NCBI GenBank assembly: GCA_018817715.1
Contig: JAHITT010000006.1
Coordinates: 11,147-75,146, forward strand
Length of the DNA: 64,000 bases
Origin: Patescibacteria group bacterium
Lineage (GTDB): Bacteria > Patescibacteriota > Patescibacteriia > Veblenbacterales > UBA10138
Reading direction: 5' to 3'
Below, one piece after another: positions 56,385 through 64,000 of this stretch. Numbering within the stretch: position 1 is the first letter of the stretch; each line of letters begins with the position of its first letter. The position numbers and the translations under genes were made by a program. The notes below the pieces were generated by a model. That model saw only the letters and a list, made by a program, of their open reading frames with translations, ran no database searches and was not told the origin of the DNA.

Positions 56385-57299
56385 ATGTTTGTTTCTTTTT
56401 ATCGCGCTTTACGCTTTGCCGGCCAAAACTTTTGGCGAAACATTTGGCTGTCGGTAGTTACCGTAACTATTTTAACTTTAAGTATTTTTTCCGTGTCTAT
56501 TTTAGGCGTTATTAACACTTTGTCTAACGTGGCTTTAAATAAGTTGGAAGAAAAAATAGACATTTCGGTTTATTTAAAGCCGGAATTAAAAACCGACGAC
56601 ATTCAATTAGTTAAAACTAATTTAGAAAGCATTCCGGGCGTAAAAAGCGTGGCTATTGTGCCAGCTGAAGAAGCTTTAAAAATTTTTAAAGAAAAATATC
56701 AAAATAATCCTTTAATTGCTGAAGCGCTTTTGGAATTAGGCACCAATCCTTTGGGTTCCAGTTTAACTGTTAAAGCTTTAACCGAAGAAGGTTACACCAC
56801 TATTTTAAACGAACTGGAAGGGGACACTTATGAAAAATATATTCAAGAAACCAGGTTCGAAGATTATCGCACGGTTATTCAATCATTTGCCAAAATAACC
56901 GATCGGGTTAAAAAAGGTGGCCTGGCAGTTAGCTTACTTTTTATAATTATTTCTCTGTTGGTGGTGTTTAATACCATTAGGATGAATATTTACACTCATC
57001 GCGAGGAATTGGGCATTATGCGCTTGGTTGGCGCTACCAGCTGGTTTATACGGGCTCCCTTGCTTATAGAAAGCCTTATTTACGCCTTTTTAGCTACCGC
57101 TGTGACTTCTATACTGTTTTACCCACTTTTAACCGCCCTACAGCCTTATATAAGCTCGTTTTTCAACGGTTACGACTTTAATATCGTACAGTACTTTACC
57201 GAACGTTGGTTTGTCTTCTTTGGCAGCCTATTCCTAGGTTCGGCTGTTTTAAGTATGTTGGCTTCTACAGTGGCTATGCGAAGATACCTTAAGGTATAA
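56385..57299 (+). CDS. ftsX: cell division permease FtsX
   Basis: NPL, FNTIRMNI, IMRLVGAT..FIRAP. Confidence 0.92.
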   Translation: MFVSFYRALRFAGQNFWRNIWLSVVTVTILTLSIFSVSILGVINTLSNVALNKLEEKIDISVYLKPELKTDDIQLVKTNLESIPGVKSVAIVPAEEALKIFKEKYQNNPLIAEALLELGTNPLGSSLTVKALTEEGYTTILNELEGDTYEKYIQETRFEDYRTVIQSFAKITDRVKKGGLAVSLLFIIISLLVVFNTIRMNIYTHREELGIMRLVGATSWFIRAPLLIESLIYAFLATAVTSILFYPLLTALQPYISSFFNGYDFNIVQYFTERWFVFFGSLFLGSAVLSMLASTVAMRRYLKV

Positions 57300-57404
57300 A
57301 ATTCCAAATCCTAATATCTAAATCCTAAATAAATTACAATACCCTAAATTGGAAATTAAAATATTGGGTATTATTTAGACATTAGGATTTAAGATTTAGA
57401 ATTT
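57299..57404. repeat. heptamer (AAATCCT-like) inverted repeat element
   Basis: AAATTCC AAATCCT AATATCT AAATCCT on the left; reverse-complement units on the right; similar units at 56341-56377. Confidence 0.65.
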
Positions 57405-57413
57405 ATTAAATTT

Positions 57414-57749
57414 ATGTCTACTGATCTCTTATCTAAAAAGTGTGTGCCTTGCGAAGGCGGGGTAGAGCCTTTAACTGAATCCCAAGCTTTAGATTATTTA
57501 AAATTGGTACCGGGTTGGGTTTTGGCTACCAATATTAAGTCTATTAGTCAAGATTTATCTTTTAAAGATTTTAAACAAACTATTGCTTTTATAAATCAAT
57601 TGGCTGAACTTGCCGAAAGCGAAGGACATCATCCGGATTTTACTTTACACAATTGGAACAAACTTAATATCACTTTATCTACCCACGCTATTAATGGTTT
57701 ATCTATCAACGACTTTATTTTAGCCGCCAAAATAAACCAGTTATTATAA
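57414..57749 (+). CDS. pterin-4-alpha-carbinolamine dehydratase
   Basis: CVPCEGG, AESEGHHPD, THAINGLSINDFILAAK. Confidence 0.9.
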   Translation: MSTDLLSKKCVPCEGGVEPLTESQALDYLKLVPGWVLATNIKSISQDLSFKDFKQTIAFINQLAELAESEGHHPDFTLHNWNKLNITLSTHAINGLSINDFILAAKINQLL

Positions 57750-57773
57750 CTTGTTATTCTGGACAGTGTTTAT

Positions 57774-57801
57774 CATTCCACCCATTCGCGCGAATTGGGG
57801 G
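57774..57801. repeat. REP-like palindrome, copy 2
   Basis: CATTCCACCCATTCGCGCGAATTGGGGG; matches 28473-28499. Confidence 0.75.
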
Positions 57802-57915
57802 TGATGTAGTAATTATTCATAATTCTAACTTCTATATTCTATTAGTTGTCTTGACTAGTCTTATTAGTACAATTAAGCTACAGGGCAAATAATTAAAACA
57901 AAAAGAGAGGGTACT

Positions 57916-58424
57916 TTGAAAACTAAAATATCAGTTTTTATAGCTTCCGGCTTGGGTGTGGGTTTTATTCCTTTGGCTCCAGGAACTTTTGGCAGTATTT
58001 TAGCTTTACCAATCTGCCATTACGCTTTGCAAATATCCCAAAACAACTGGTTTTACTATCCTTTAATAATCATTGCTATTTATATACTTGGTTATTTAAG
58101 TATAGAGCCAGCCAGAATTTTCCTAGGCACTAGAAAAATTCTTACGGGGAGGAAGTGGAGTATGACCAAAAAGAGATTATTATAGATGAAATTTTGGGTA
58201 TGCTGGTTGCTTTTGCCCCTTTATTAAAAGTAAAACCGCATAACTATCTTTTGTCAGCTATTATACTGCTTATTCTGTTCCGTATTTTTGATATATTAAA
58301 ACCCTGGGGAATAAACAGAATTGATGCCGGTAAAACACCGCACCATATTTTGCTGGATGATTACGTAGCCGGCTTATATAGCGCCGGTTGCTATATCCTA
58401 ATAAACTTAATGTTTCCAATATAA
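57916..58424 (+). pseudogene. pgpA: phosphatidylglycerophosphatase A, frameshifted
   Basis: APGTFGS in ORF1; EIIIDEILG, FRIFDILKPW, LLDDYVAG in ORF2; one extra A in the A5 run at 58134-58138 rejoins them. Confidence 0.8.
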
Positions 58425-58429
58425 CCAAA

Positions 58430-58459
58430 AGCCCCGCTTATATTAAATAAAGCGGGGCT
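58430..58459. terminator. hairpin/terminator
   Basis: AGCCCCGCTT/AAGCGGGGCT inverted repeat after pgpA. Confidence 0.6.
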
Positions 58460-58576
58460 GAATTATTATATAGCAATATCTTGACCTTTAAGCTAACAAA
58501 ATCTAGAATAATACAGCCAGTATTAATATTGGGTAGCCAGTTTAATTTACAATTTATAGAGTTTCGTATTTCCAGC

Positions 58577-58647
58577 TGGGGGATCGTCTAATGGTAGGAC
58601 TCAGGCCTTTGAAGCCTGCTATGATGGTTCGAATCCATCTCCCCCAG
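58577..58647 (+). tRNA. tRNA-Gln(TTG)
   Basis: TGGGGGA acceptor, CAGGC-CTTTGAA-GCCTG arm, GTTCGAATC loop; no encoded CCA. Confidence 0.92.
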
Positions 58648-58670
58648 CTGGAAATAGGAGATATAATACT

Positions 58671-58723
58671 TAGGACTTCCCGCCTTGGCGGGACTAATGA
58701 TGGTTCGAATCCATCTCCCCCAG
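58671..58723 (+). repeat. duplicated 3' part of tRNA-Gln (att-like scar)
   Basis: ATGATGGTTCGAATCCATCTCCCCCAG identical to the tRNA 3' end; shorter third copy GAATCCATCTCCTCCAG near 58873-58889. Confidence 0.8.
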
Positions 58724-58780
58724 AGATAAAAAAGTAATGGACTTATCCGTTGCTTTTTTATCTTTTTATGGTATATGATA
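58721..58780 (+). repeat. direct repeat, left copy
   Basis: CAGAGATAAAAAAGTAAT(G/A)GACTTATCCGTTGCT, second copy at 60534. Confidence 0.8.
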
Positions 58781-58960
58781 GATTCTAAGGGCGCGAGAAA
58801 AAGCGAACAGATGTAGTTTTGATACACACCGCCCAGGTGTCCGATTCGCCAACTGGCGAAGGAGTGAAGGAGAATCCATCTCCTCCAGCCAGTCTGGACA
58901 CCGTACCTATGACCAGGACGGGTCTTCAGGTGCTCTTTGAATTATTAAGAGGTCTATAAC

Positions 58961-60418
58961 ATGGCAAAGATTAGTGACATATATCATTTAAATAAAACAC
59001 AGCGCGAGTTGGATTTTGTAAACATAAATATAGACAGAGACTTTCCTGTATATCTAAATCCATTCATTTTTTCCGCGCGTCCTGATCCATTTTCCATTGA
59101 TGCAATTCGAACAATTAGCGGATTTTTTCAATTTAATCTTGAGCTGATTAGGAATGGACAGATTGACCAAGCACGCGCCAACTTCCAACATTTAAATGAA
59201 CCAAACGAGACATGTCTTGGAATGTCTAGAAGGAGTCCTCGAGGGCGTGGTGTCGGAGAAGAAAATGCAGATGATTTATTCGATAGCATCTCCACAAGTA
59301 GAGCAGTGGCGTCAGGGCTAGTTGAGCACCTCGAAGACACGGCAATATTTATTGAGGGCATTGGCAAGGACAAGGTTTCAGATATGACTACCAATATTAT
59401 TCGTGCAAACCTCATTGCGTACACTCAGGCGCAATGCGCATTGCATGGGATTCCTATGACCACCGATGTTCCTTCGGGTTTTTTCTGGGACGCCACTAAC
59501 CGCAGATGGGAGCAAGTACACACAGAAATGTTGGTAGTAAATTATAAGAAAATTTTGCTGGTACCCAAAGCGGTAGTTTCTTATGTAAAGGAATTTAATC
59601 ATGGAAAATATCATCAGCACTACGCTCTTGAATTTCTCCAGGATGACCACTTGAGGAGAAATACGCCACTTGTTCAGACTACCCATAATAAAGACGGTTC
59701 CGTTAGACGTCGTTTCGTGACAAAGAAAGACCTTATTCAGCGCGAGTTAACTTCCAATAAAGAAGAACTAATCGACTTCACTAGGCGTCATCCAGAAGTT
59801 TTTAATAATTTTCGAACCGGTGCAGCATCACAGGTATTTCCAATGAATGATTCGGAGCTTGAATCTATTGATGTTAATCAGCTCATAAATCATCTCATTG
59901 CAAGACTGGGGACGATTAAGAGTGGAGATGCCACAGCATCTGCTTACCACACCCTGATGGTAGGTATTCTCGAATTTATATTCTATCCAAATCTCATTAA
60001 CCCCGTTAAAGAATTAGAGATTAATCAGGGAAGAAAAAGGATAGACATTGCTTTTGATAACGGCGCTCCTTCTGACGGGTTTTTCTACAGACTGCAACAT
60101 GCGTTTAGTATACCTTGTCCATATATCTTTATTGAGTGCAAGAATTACTCAAAAGATATACGTAATCCTGAGCTAGATCAAATGGTCGGTAGATTTTCCC
60201 CAAATAGGGGCAGGTTTGGAATTATTGTCTGTCGAGACATTGACGATGAAGATGTTTTTCTTAAACGATGTGCTGATTCGTATAAGGATCAACACGGATT
60301 GATTATTCCACTCACTGATGCAGACTTGATCAATATCTTGAACCAGAAGAAAGCGGGCATTGAACATCCAGAAGATGAAATTTTGTCACAGAAAGCTAGG
60401 AGAGTAATGAACTCATAA
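58961..60418 (+). CDS. hypothetical protein with C-terminal PD-(D/E)XK restriction-endonuclease-like motif
   Basis: RIDIAFDN...IFIECKNY..ELDQ; base composition and codon usage visibly differ from flanks. Confidence 0.6.
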   Translation: MAKISDIYHLNKTQRELDFVNINIDRDFPVYLNPFIFSARPDPFSIDAIRTISGFFQFNLELIRNGQIDQARANFQHLNEPNETCLGMSRRSPRGRGVGEENADDLFDSISTSRAVASGLVEHLEDTAIFIEGIGKDKVSDMTTNIIRANLIAYTQAQCALHGIPMTTDVPSGFFWDATNRRWEQVHTEMLVVNYKKILLVPKAVVSYVKEFNHGKYHQHYALEFLQDDHLRRNTPLVQTTHNKDGSVRRRFVTKKDLIQRELTSNKEELIDFTRRHPEVFNNFRTGAASQVFPMNDSELESIDVNQLINHLIARLGTIKSGDATASAYHTLMVGILEFIFYPNLINPVKELEINQGRKRIDIAFDNGAPSDGFFYRLQHAFSIPCPYIFIECKNYSKDIRNPELDQMVGRFSPNRGRFGIIVCRDIDDEDVFLKRCADSYKDQHGLIIPLTDADLINILNQKKAGIEHPEDEILSQKARRVMNS

Positions 60419-60533
60419 TAGTGTCGCATTTGTCGCTTTTGGGCTCATTCCGAGGAGCGTCAAAATGATAGAATAAAAGTAGTCAGAAAAGCCTTGTGGG
60501 GCTTGATGGGTAAATTTACGAGACCGAGTCAGT

Positions 60534-60593
60534 CAGAGATAAAAAAGTAATAGACTTATCCGTTGCTCTCTTATTTTTTAAGGTATATTATAA
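60534..60593 (+). repeat. direct repeat, right copy
   Basis: 33/34 identity with 58721-58754, similarity extends to about 60 nt; contains TTGCTC-17-TATTAT. Confidence 0.8.
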
Positions 60594-60613
60594 ACTAAAG
60601 AGGTAGAAATTAT

Positions 60614-61861
60614 ATGATAAAAGTAAATCCATTTACACCTAACAGTCCTGTACACAAAGATATGTTTGCTGGGCGTAAATCTGAAATTGATGCTATAGAT
60701 AAGGCCTTATTACAAACTGCTCATGGAAACCCGACTCATTTATTACTTCTTGGAGAAAGAGGAATAGGTAAAACTTCATTACTAAACGCTGCTGATTTTT
60801 TTGCTAGAGGTGATGTGCTATGGGAAGCGGAAAGAAAACATAATTTTTTAGTATCTAGAGTTAGTTTGAATGAAAATATAACACTAGTAGACCTAGCTAT
60901 TAGTTTAAAAAACTCTATAGAAAGGGAACTCGACAAAGAATACCCCCAAATAGCACTAATTAAAAAGGCTTGGAACTTTTTAAGTCGTTTTGAGGCGGTT
61001 GGAATTTCTTATAAAAAAGACGAGTCCAATAAAAACAACGCTCAAATTATCCAAGATTTTATATATTCTTTGTCTGATACACTAAAATTAATACAAAATA
61101 AAAGTCTATCTGTAAAAGACAAAAAAGATGGATTAGTGATACTGATAGACGAAGCAGATAAGGCTTCAAAAGAACTATTTATAGGATCTTTTTTAAAAAA
61201 TTTAACAGAAACACTAGTTAGGGAAAGTAATAATAATATACTTTTTATTGTAAGTGGTTTACCAAACACAAGAAATATACTATCTGACAGCCATGAATCT
61301 TCTTTACGCTTATTTCAGGAATTTGATCTTGGTCCACTTTCTTCAGAAGAAACATCTCAAGTTATTAATAACGGCTTAAAAGAATCAAAAAAAACATCCA
61401 ATATAGATACCGTTATTAATAAAGACGCCTTAATTAGTATATATGCCTATTCAGAAGGATATCCTCATTTTGTTCAACAAATAGGCTATTCTGTTTTTGA
61501 GGCAGATACAGATAATATTATATCAATAGAAGATGTCAAAAAAGGTGTTTTTATGAACCACGGGGCGTTAGAACTTATAGGAGATAGATATTATGTTAAG
61601 CCTTTTTACAAAGATATAAACGTAGAATCACAAAGAGAAATTTTAACGATAATGGCAGAAAAATGGAATGATTGGATTAAAAAAACAGATATACAAAAAA
61701 ATTTTTCAGGTAAAAAAACAGCTTTAAATAACGGTTTAAGAGCGCTAAAAGAAAAAGGGATAATTATTCCAAGAGAAGGTTATAATGGGCAGTACAGGCT
61801 ACAATGGGCAAGCTTTGCTTTTTGGATAAAAAACCATAAAAAAACAGAGAGAAGAAATTAA
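60614..61861 (+). CDS. AAA+/STAND-like P-loop ATPase with C-terminal winged helix
   Basis: NPF.P, FAGR..E, Walker A GERGIGKTS, Walker B ILIDEAD, SEGYPHFVQ. Confidence 0.8.
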   Translation: MIKVNPFTPNSPVHKDMFAGRKSEIDAIDKALLQTAHGNPTHLLLLGERGIGKTSLLNAADFFARGDVLWEAERKHNFLVSRVSLNENITLVDLAISLKNSIERELDKEYPQIALIKKAWNFLSRFEAVGISYKKDESNKNNAQIIQDFIYSLSDTLKLIQNKSLSVKDKKDGLVILIDEADKASKELFIGSFLKNLTETLVRESNNNILFIVSGLPNTRNILSDSHESSLRLFQEFDLGPLSSEETSQVINNGLKESKKTSNIDTVINKDALISIYAYSEGYPHFVQQIGYSVFEADTDNIISIEDVKKGVFMNHGALELIGDRYYVKPFYKDINVESQREILTIMAEKWNDWIKKTDIQKNFSGKKTALNNGLRALKEKGIIIPREGYNGQYRLQWASFAFWIKNHKKTERRN

Positions 61862-61878
61862 TATAAAAAATAATTTTT

Positions 61879-62271
61879 ATGAAAACAATATTAGTAGACG
61901 CTGTAGATGCGTTTGTGGTAGAGGAGCGGGGGAGTTTTAAGGTTTTTCAAGATATGCATAATCTTTTGGAAACCTATCCCAATCCCAAAATCATTCTAAC
62001 TGGCGCCAATGATGAACAATATTTAAAATTCGGCCTGGATAAAATGCCTTATCCGGTTTTTACCTTAAAGCACAATCCCGAGAAAACCGACCCCAAATAC
62101 TTTGAAACTTTACTGCAAAGGTTTAATCTTAATAAAGACGAAGTTGTTTATTTTGAGCATAACCCCCAGGCGGTTAAAAGCGCTGAATCTGTTGGTCTAA
62201 AATCCTACTTTTACGACAGTGCCAAACAAGACCTTGTAGCGCTTAAGGAGTTTTTGGATAATAATATTTAA
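61879..62271 (+). CDS. small capless HAD-like hydrolase
   Basis: ILVDAVD, PEKTDP, YFEHN..AV.SA..VG. Confidence 0.65.
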   Translation: MKTILVDAVDAFVVEERGSFKVFQDMHNLLETYPNPKIILTGANDEQYLKFGLDKMPYPVFTLKHNPEKTDPKYFETLLQRFNLNKDEVVYFEHNPQAVKSAESVGLKSYFYDSAKQDLVALKEFLDNNI

Positions 62272-62275
62272 TTAG

Positions 62276-63049
62276 ATGAAACTAATTACCTTAAACACTT
62301 GGGGTGGGATTGTTTTTCAGCCTTTAATGGATTTTATTAAAAAACACTCGGTTAATACCGATATTTTTTGTTTTCAGGAAATGTTGTTTGGCCCTAAGCC
62401 CCAATTTACACCAGTAAACAAAGCTAGGGAAAATCTGTTTACAGAAATATCAGCCATTTTGCCCGATTTTGTTGCTTATAAACATATACCAGCCTCGGAT
62501 CATTTTGCTGGTGAAATAGTTAATTTTGGCACTGGCCAAGCTATTTTTGTTAAAAATACAATTAAAGTAATTAATAATGGGGCTTTTAAATGCTATGATA
62601 AAATGTTTTCTGAAATCGAAACACTGCAAAGGGATAGTGGTCGGGTTACAGGCAATGTTCAGCATATTGATTTGGAAATAGGTAATCAAATTTTTTCTAT
62701 TTTAAATTTTCATGGTCTATGGCAAAAGAATACGCATAAAGCCGATACAGCAGAAAGATTAAGGCAATCCGAAATAATAAAAACTTTTCTAAATAGTAAA
62801 AATAATAAAAAAATTCTCTGTGGGGATTTTAATTTAAAAGCCGACGGACAAAGTATAAAAATTTTAGAACAAGGCTTGGTTAATTTAGTAAAAAAGTATA
62901 ATGTCTTATCTACTCGCAGTAAATTTTATACTAAAGAAGAAAAAATGGCTGATTATATAATTGTTTCACCAGATATAGAGGTAAACAAATTTAAGGTTTT
63001 TTCCGACGACATTTCCGACCATTTACCTTTGTTAGTGGAATTTAAATAA
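62276..63049 (+). CDS. endonuclease/exonuclease/phosphatase family protein
   Basis: TLN, FCFQE, LCGDFN, DYI, SDHLPL. Confidence 0.9.
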   Translation: MKLITLNTWGGIVFQPLMDFIKKHSVNTDIFCFQEMLFGPKPQFTPVNKARENLFTEISAILPDFVAYKHIPASDHFAGEIVNFGTGQAIFVKNTIKVINNGAFKCYDKMFSEIETLQRDSGRVTGNVQHIDLEIGNQIFSILNFHGLWQKNTHKADTAERLRQSEIIKTFLNSKNNKKILCGDFNLKADGQSIKILEQGLVNLVKKYNVLSTRSKFYTKEEKMADYIIVSPDIEVNKFKVFSDDISDHLPLLVEFK

Positions 63050-63054
63050 TAATT

Positions 63055-63537
63055 ATGAGTAATAATATTTATTTAAAAAAGATTTTAAAATTATATTATT
63101 TTTTTAAAAATCCTCTCTATAAGGTTTATTGTTTTATTTTTCGACCAAAATCCTTAGGAGTAAAAATAATAGTCGAAAACAATGGTAAACTATTAATGAC
63201 TAAATTAGGTTATGCCCATAAAAAATGGGTTTTTCCTGGTGGCGCGGTTAATAAAAAAGAAAATGCCGAACAAACAGCTGTTAGAGAATTAGAAGAGGAA
63301 ACCGGAATTAAAACCAATAAACTAATCGAAATAGGCGAATACACATCCGAAAGAAATTATAAGAAAAATATTGTAAAATGTTTTTATTTGCTTGCGGATT
63401 CTTCTTTTGTAAAAATAGACAATTTTGAGGTTATAGATTCAGGTTGGTATAACCCCCAAGAACTTCCCAAAGACTGCTCTGTATCTATTCCACAAATAAT
63501 AAAAATATATCAACAATATAAACTTAAGCAAAATTAA
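63055..63537 (+). CDS. NUDIX hydrolase
   Basis: PGGAVNKKENAEQTAVRELEEETGI Nudix box. Confidence 0.9.
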   Translation: MSNNIYLKKILKLYYFFKNPLYKVYCFIFRPKSLGVKIIVENNGKLLMTKLGYAHKKWVFPGGAVNKKENAEQTAVRELEEETGIKTNKLIEIGEYTSERNYKKNIVKCFYLLADSSFVKIDNFEVIDSGWYNPQELPKDCSVSIPQIIKIYQQYKLKQN

Positions 63538-63539
63538 TT

Positions 63540-64000
63540 ATGCTGGAATTTGGTATAAAACGGGAAAACGAAGAACGGCGGGACGGTGGTTGTGGTGTGG
63601 TGTTTAATCCAGCCAGCCAAAAATACGCCGTAGGGCAAGATTATGACGGCGGATTATTTAGGCTTTTTTCCGGCGGTGTTAGCGAGGGTGAAGGTATTGA
63701 GCAGGGTATTTTAAGAGAAGTTACCGAGGAAAGCGGCCTACATGATTTTTTATACATAGAAAAAATTTCCCAAGCCTTGGTGCGTTATCGTAACAGTCTT
63801 AAACAAGTAAACCGAGTCGGCTTGGCTACTTGTTTTTTAGTTGTTTTAAAATCAGCTGATTTATTAGACACTAAATTAGAAGAGCACGAAAAATTTAGTT
63901 TAACTTGGGCAACCGCCAATGAAATTATAAAAAACTGGGAACAAAGGAACCAAAATAAAGATTATGACCACTGGATTTATTTTTTAAAAAAGGCTGTAAA
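63540..64000 (+). CDS. NUDIX hydrolase (3'-partial)
   Basis: ATG 63540; translation contains GGVSEGEGIEQGILREVTEESGL; runs off the window. Confidence 0.8.
   Translation, partial: MLEFGIKRENEERRDGGCGVVFNPASQKYAVGQDYDGGLFRLFSGGVSEGEGIEQGILREVTEESGLHDFLYIEKISQALVRYRNSLKQVNRVGLATCFLVVLKSADLLDTKLEEHEKFSLTWATANEIIKNWEQRNQNKDYDHWIYFLKKAV

Noticed and set aside
52985-57843. CRISPR array
   Set aside because: Repeats are degenerate 7-mers with no unique spacers; no cas genes in the window
58588-58827. 79-aa minus-strand ORF with an internal repeat
   Set aside because: It is the antisense reading of tRNA-Gln and its duplicated 3' end
58961-61861. Prophage or complete integrative element at tRNA-Gln
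   Set aside because: No integrase, structural or replication genes in the window; only scars and cargo-like genes
1191-62689. Short antisense or nested ORFs in the track (e.g. 1191-1460, 8066-8482, 11436-11750, 37756-38112, 47597-47839, 59128-59686)
   Set aside because: They lie wholly within well-supported genes, have no motifs and reflect strand-biased codon usage

Overview
AT-rich bacterial chromosome segment with strong leading-strand bias (almost all genes on +), code 11, very tight gene packing and few Shine-Dalgarno sites. Gene content (DUF4012, DUF5654, lean core operons, many glycosyltransferases) suggests a Patescibacteria/CPR (Parcubacteria-like) genome; this is an inference. Core blocks: glycosyltransferase/O-antigen ligase cluster, mreB, holB, frr-rseP, Rrf2-SOD-sufCBDSU, recJ-rnhA, rnpB, sugar transferase/GT4 cluster, murJ-lepA, ftsEX and three tRNAs (Thr-CGT, Gly-CCC, Gln-TTG). 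The standout is 13.0-28.5 kb: eight tandem paralogues (about 400-515 aa), each a divergent helical N-terminal domain fused to a conserved C-terminal phospho-His swivel domain, together with a single stand-alone PEP-synthase-type ATP-grasp gene, an embedded HAD phosphatase and two histidine phosphatases. This looks like a split, multiplexed dikinase (rifampin phosphotransferase / phenylphosphate synthase architecture): one ATP-activating subunit possibly serving eight substrate-specific subunits. Other items: a probable unannotated 6S-like RNA, a structured 5' leader, a kinase/PRTase/LOG nucleotide island, a tRNA-Gln integration hotspot with a repeat-flanked nuclease-like gene, REP-like palindromes shared between rnpB and tRNA relics, heptamer inverted repeats, an uncalled 33-aa membrane peptide and two interrupted genes.
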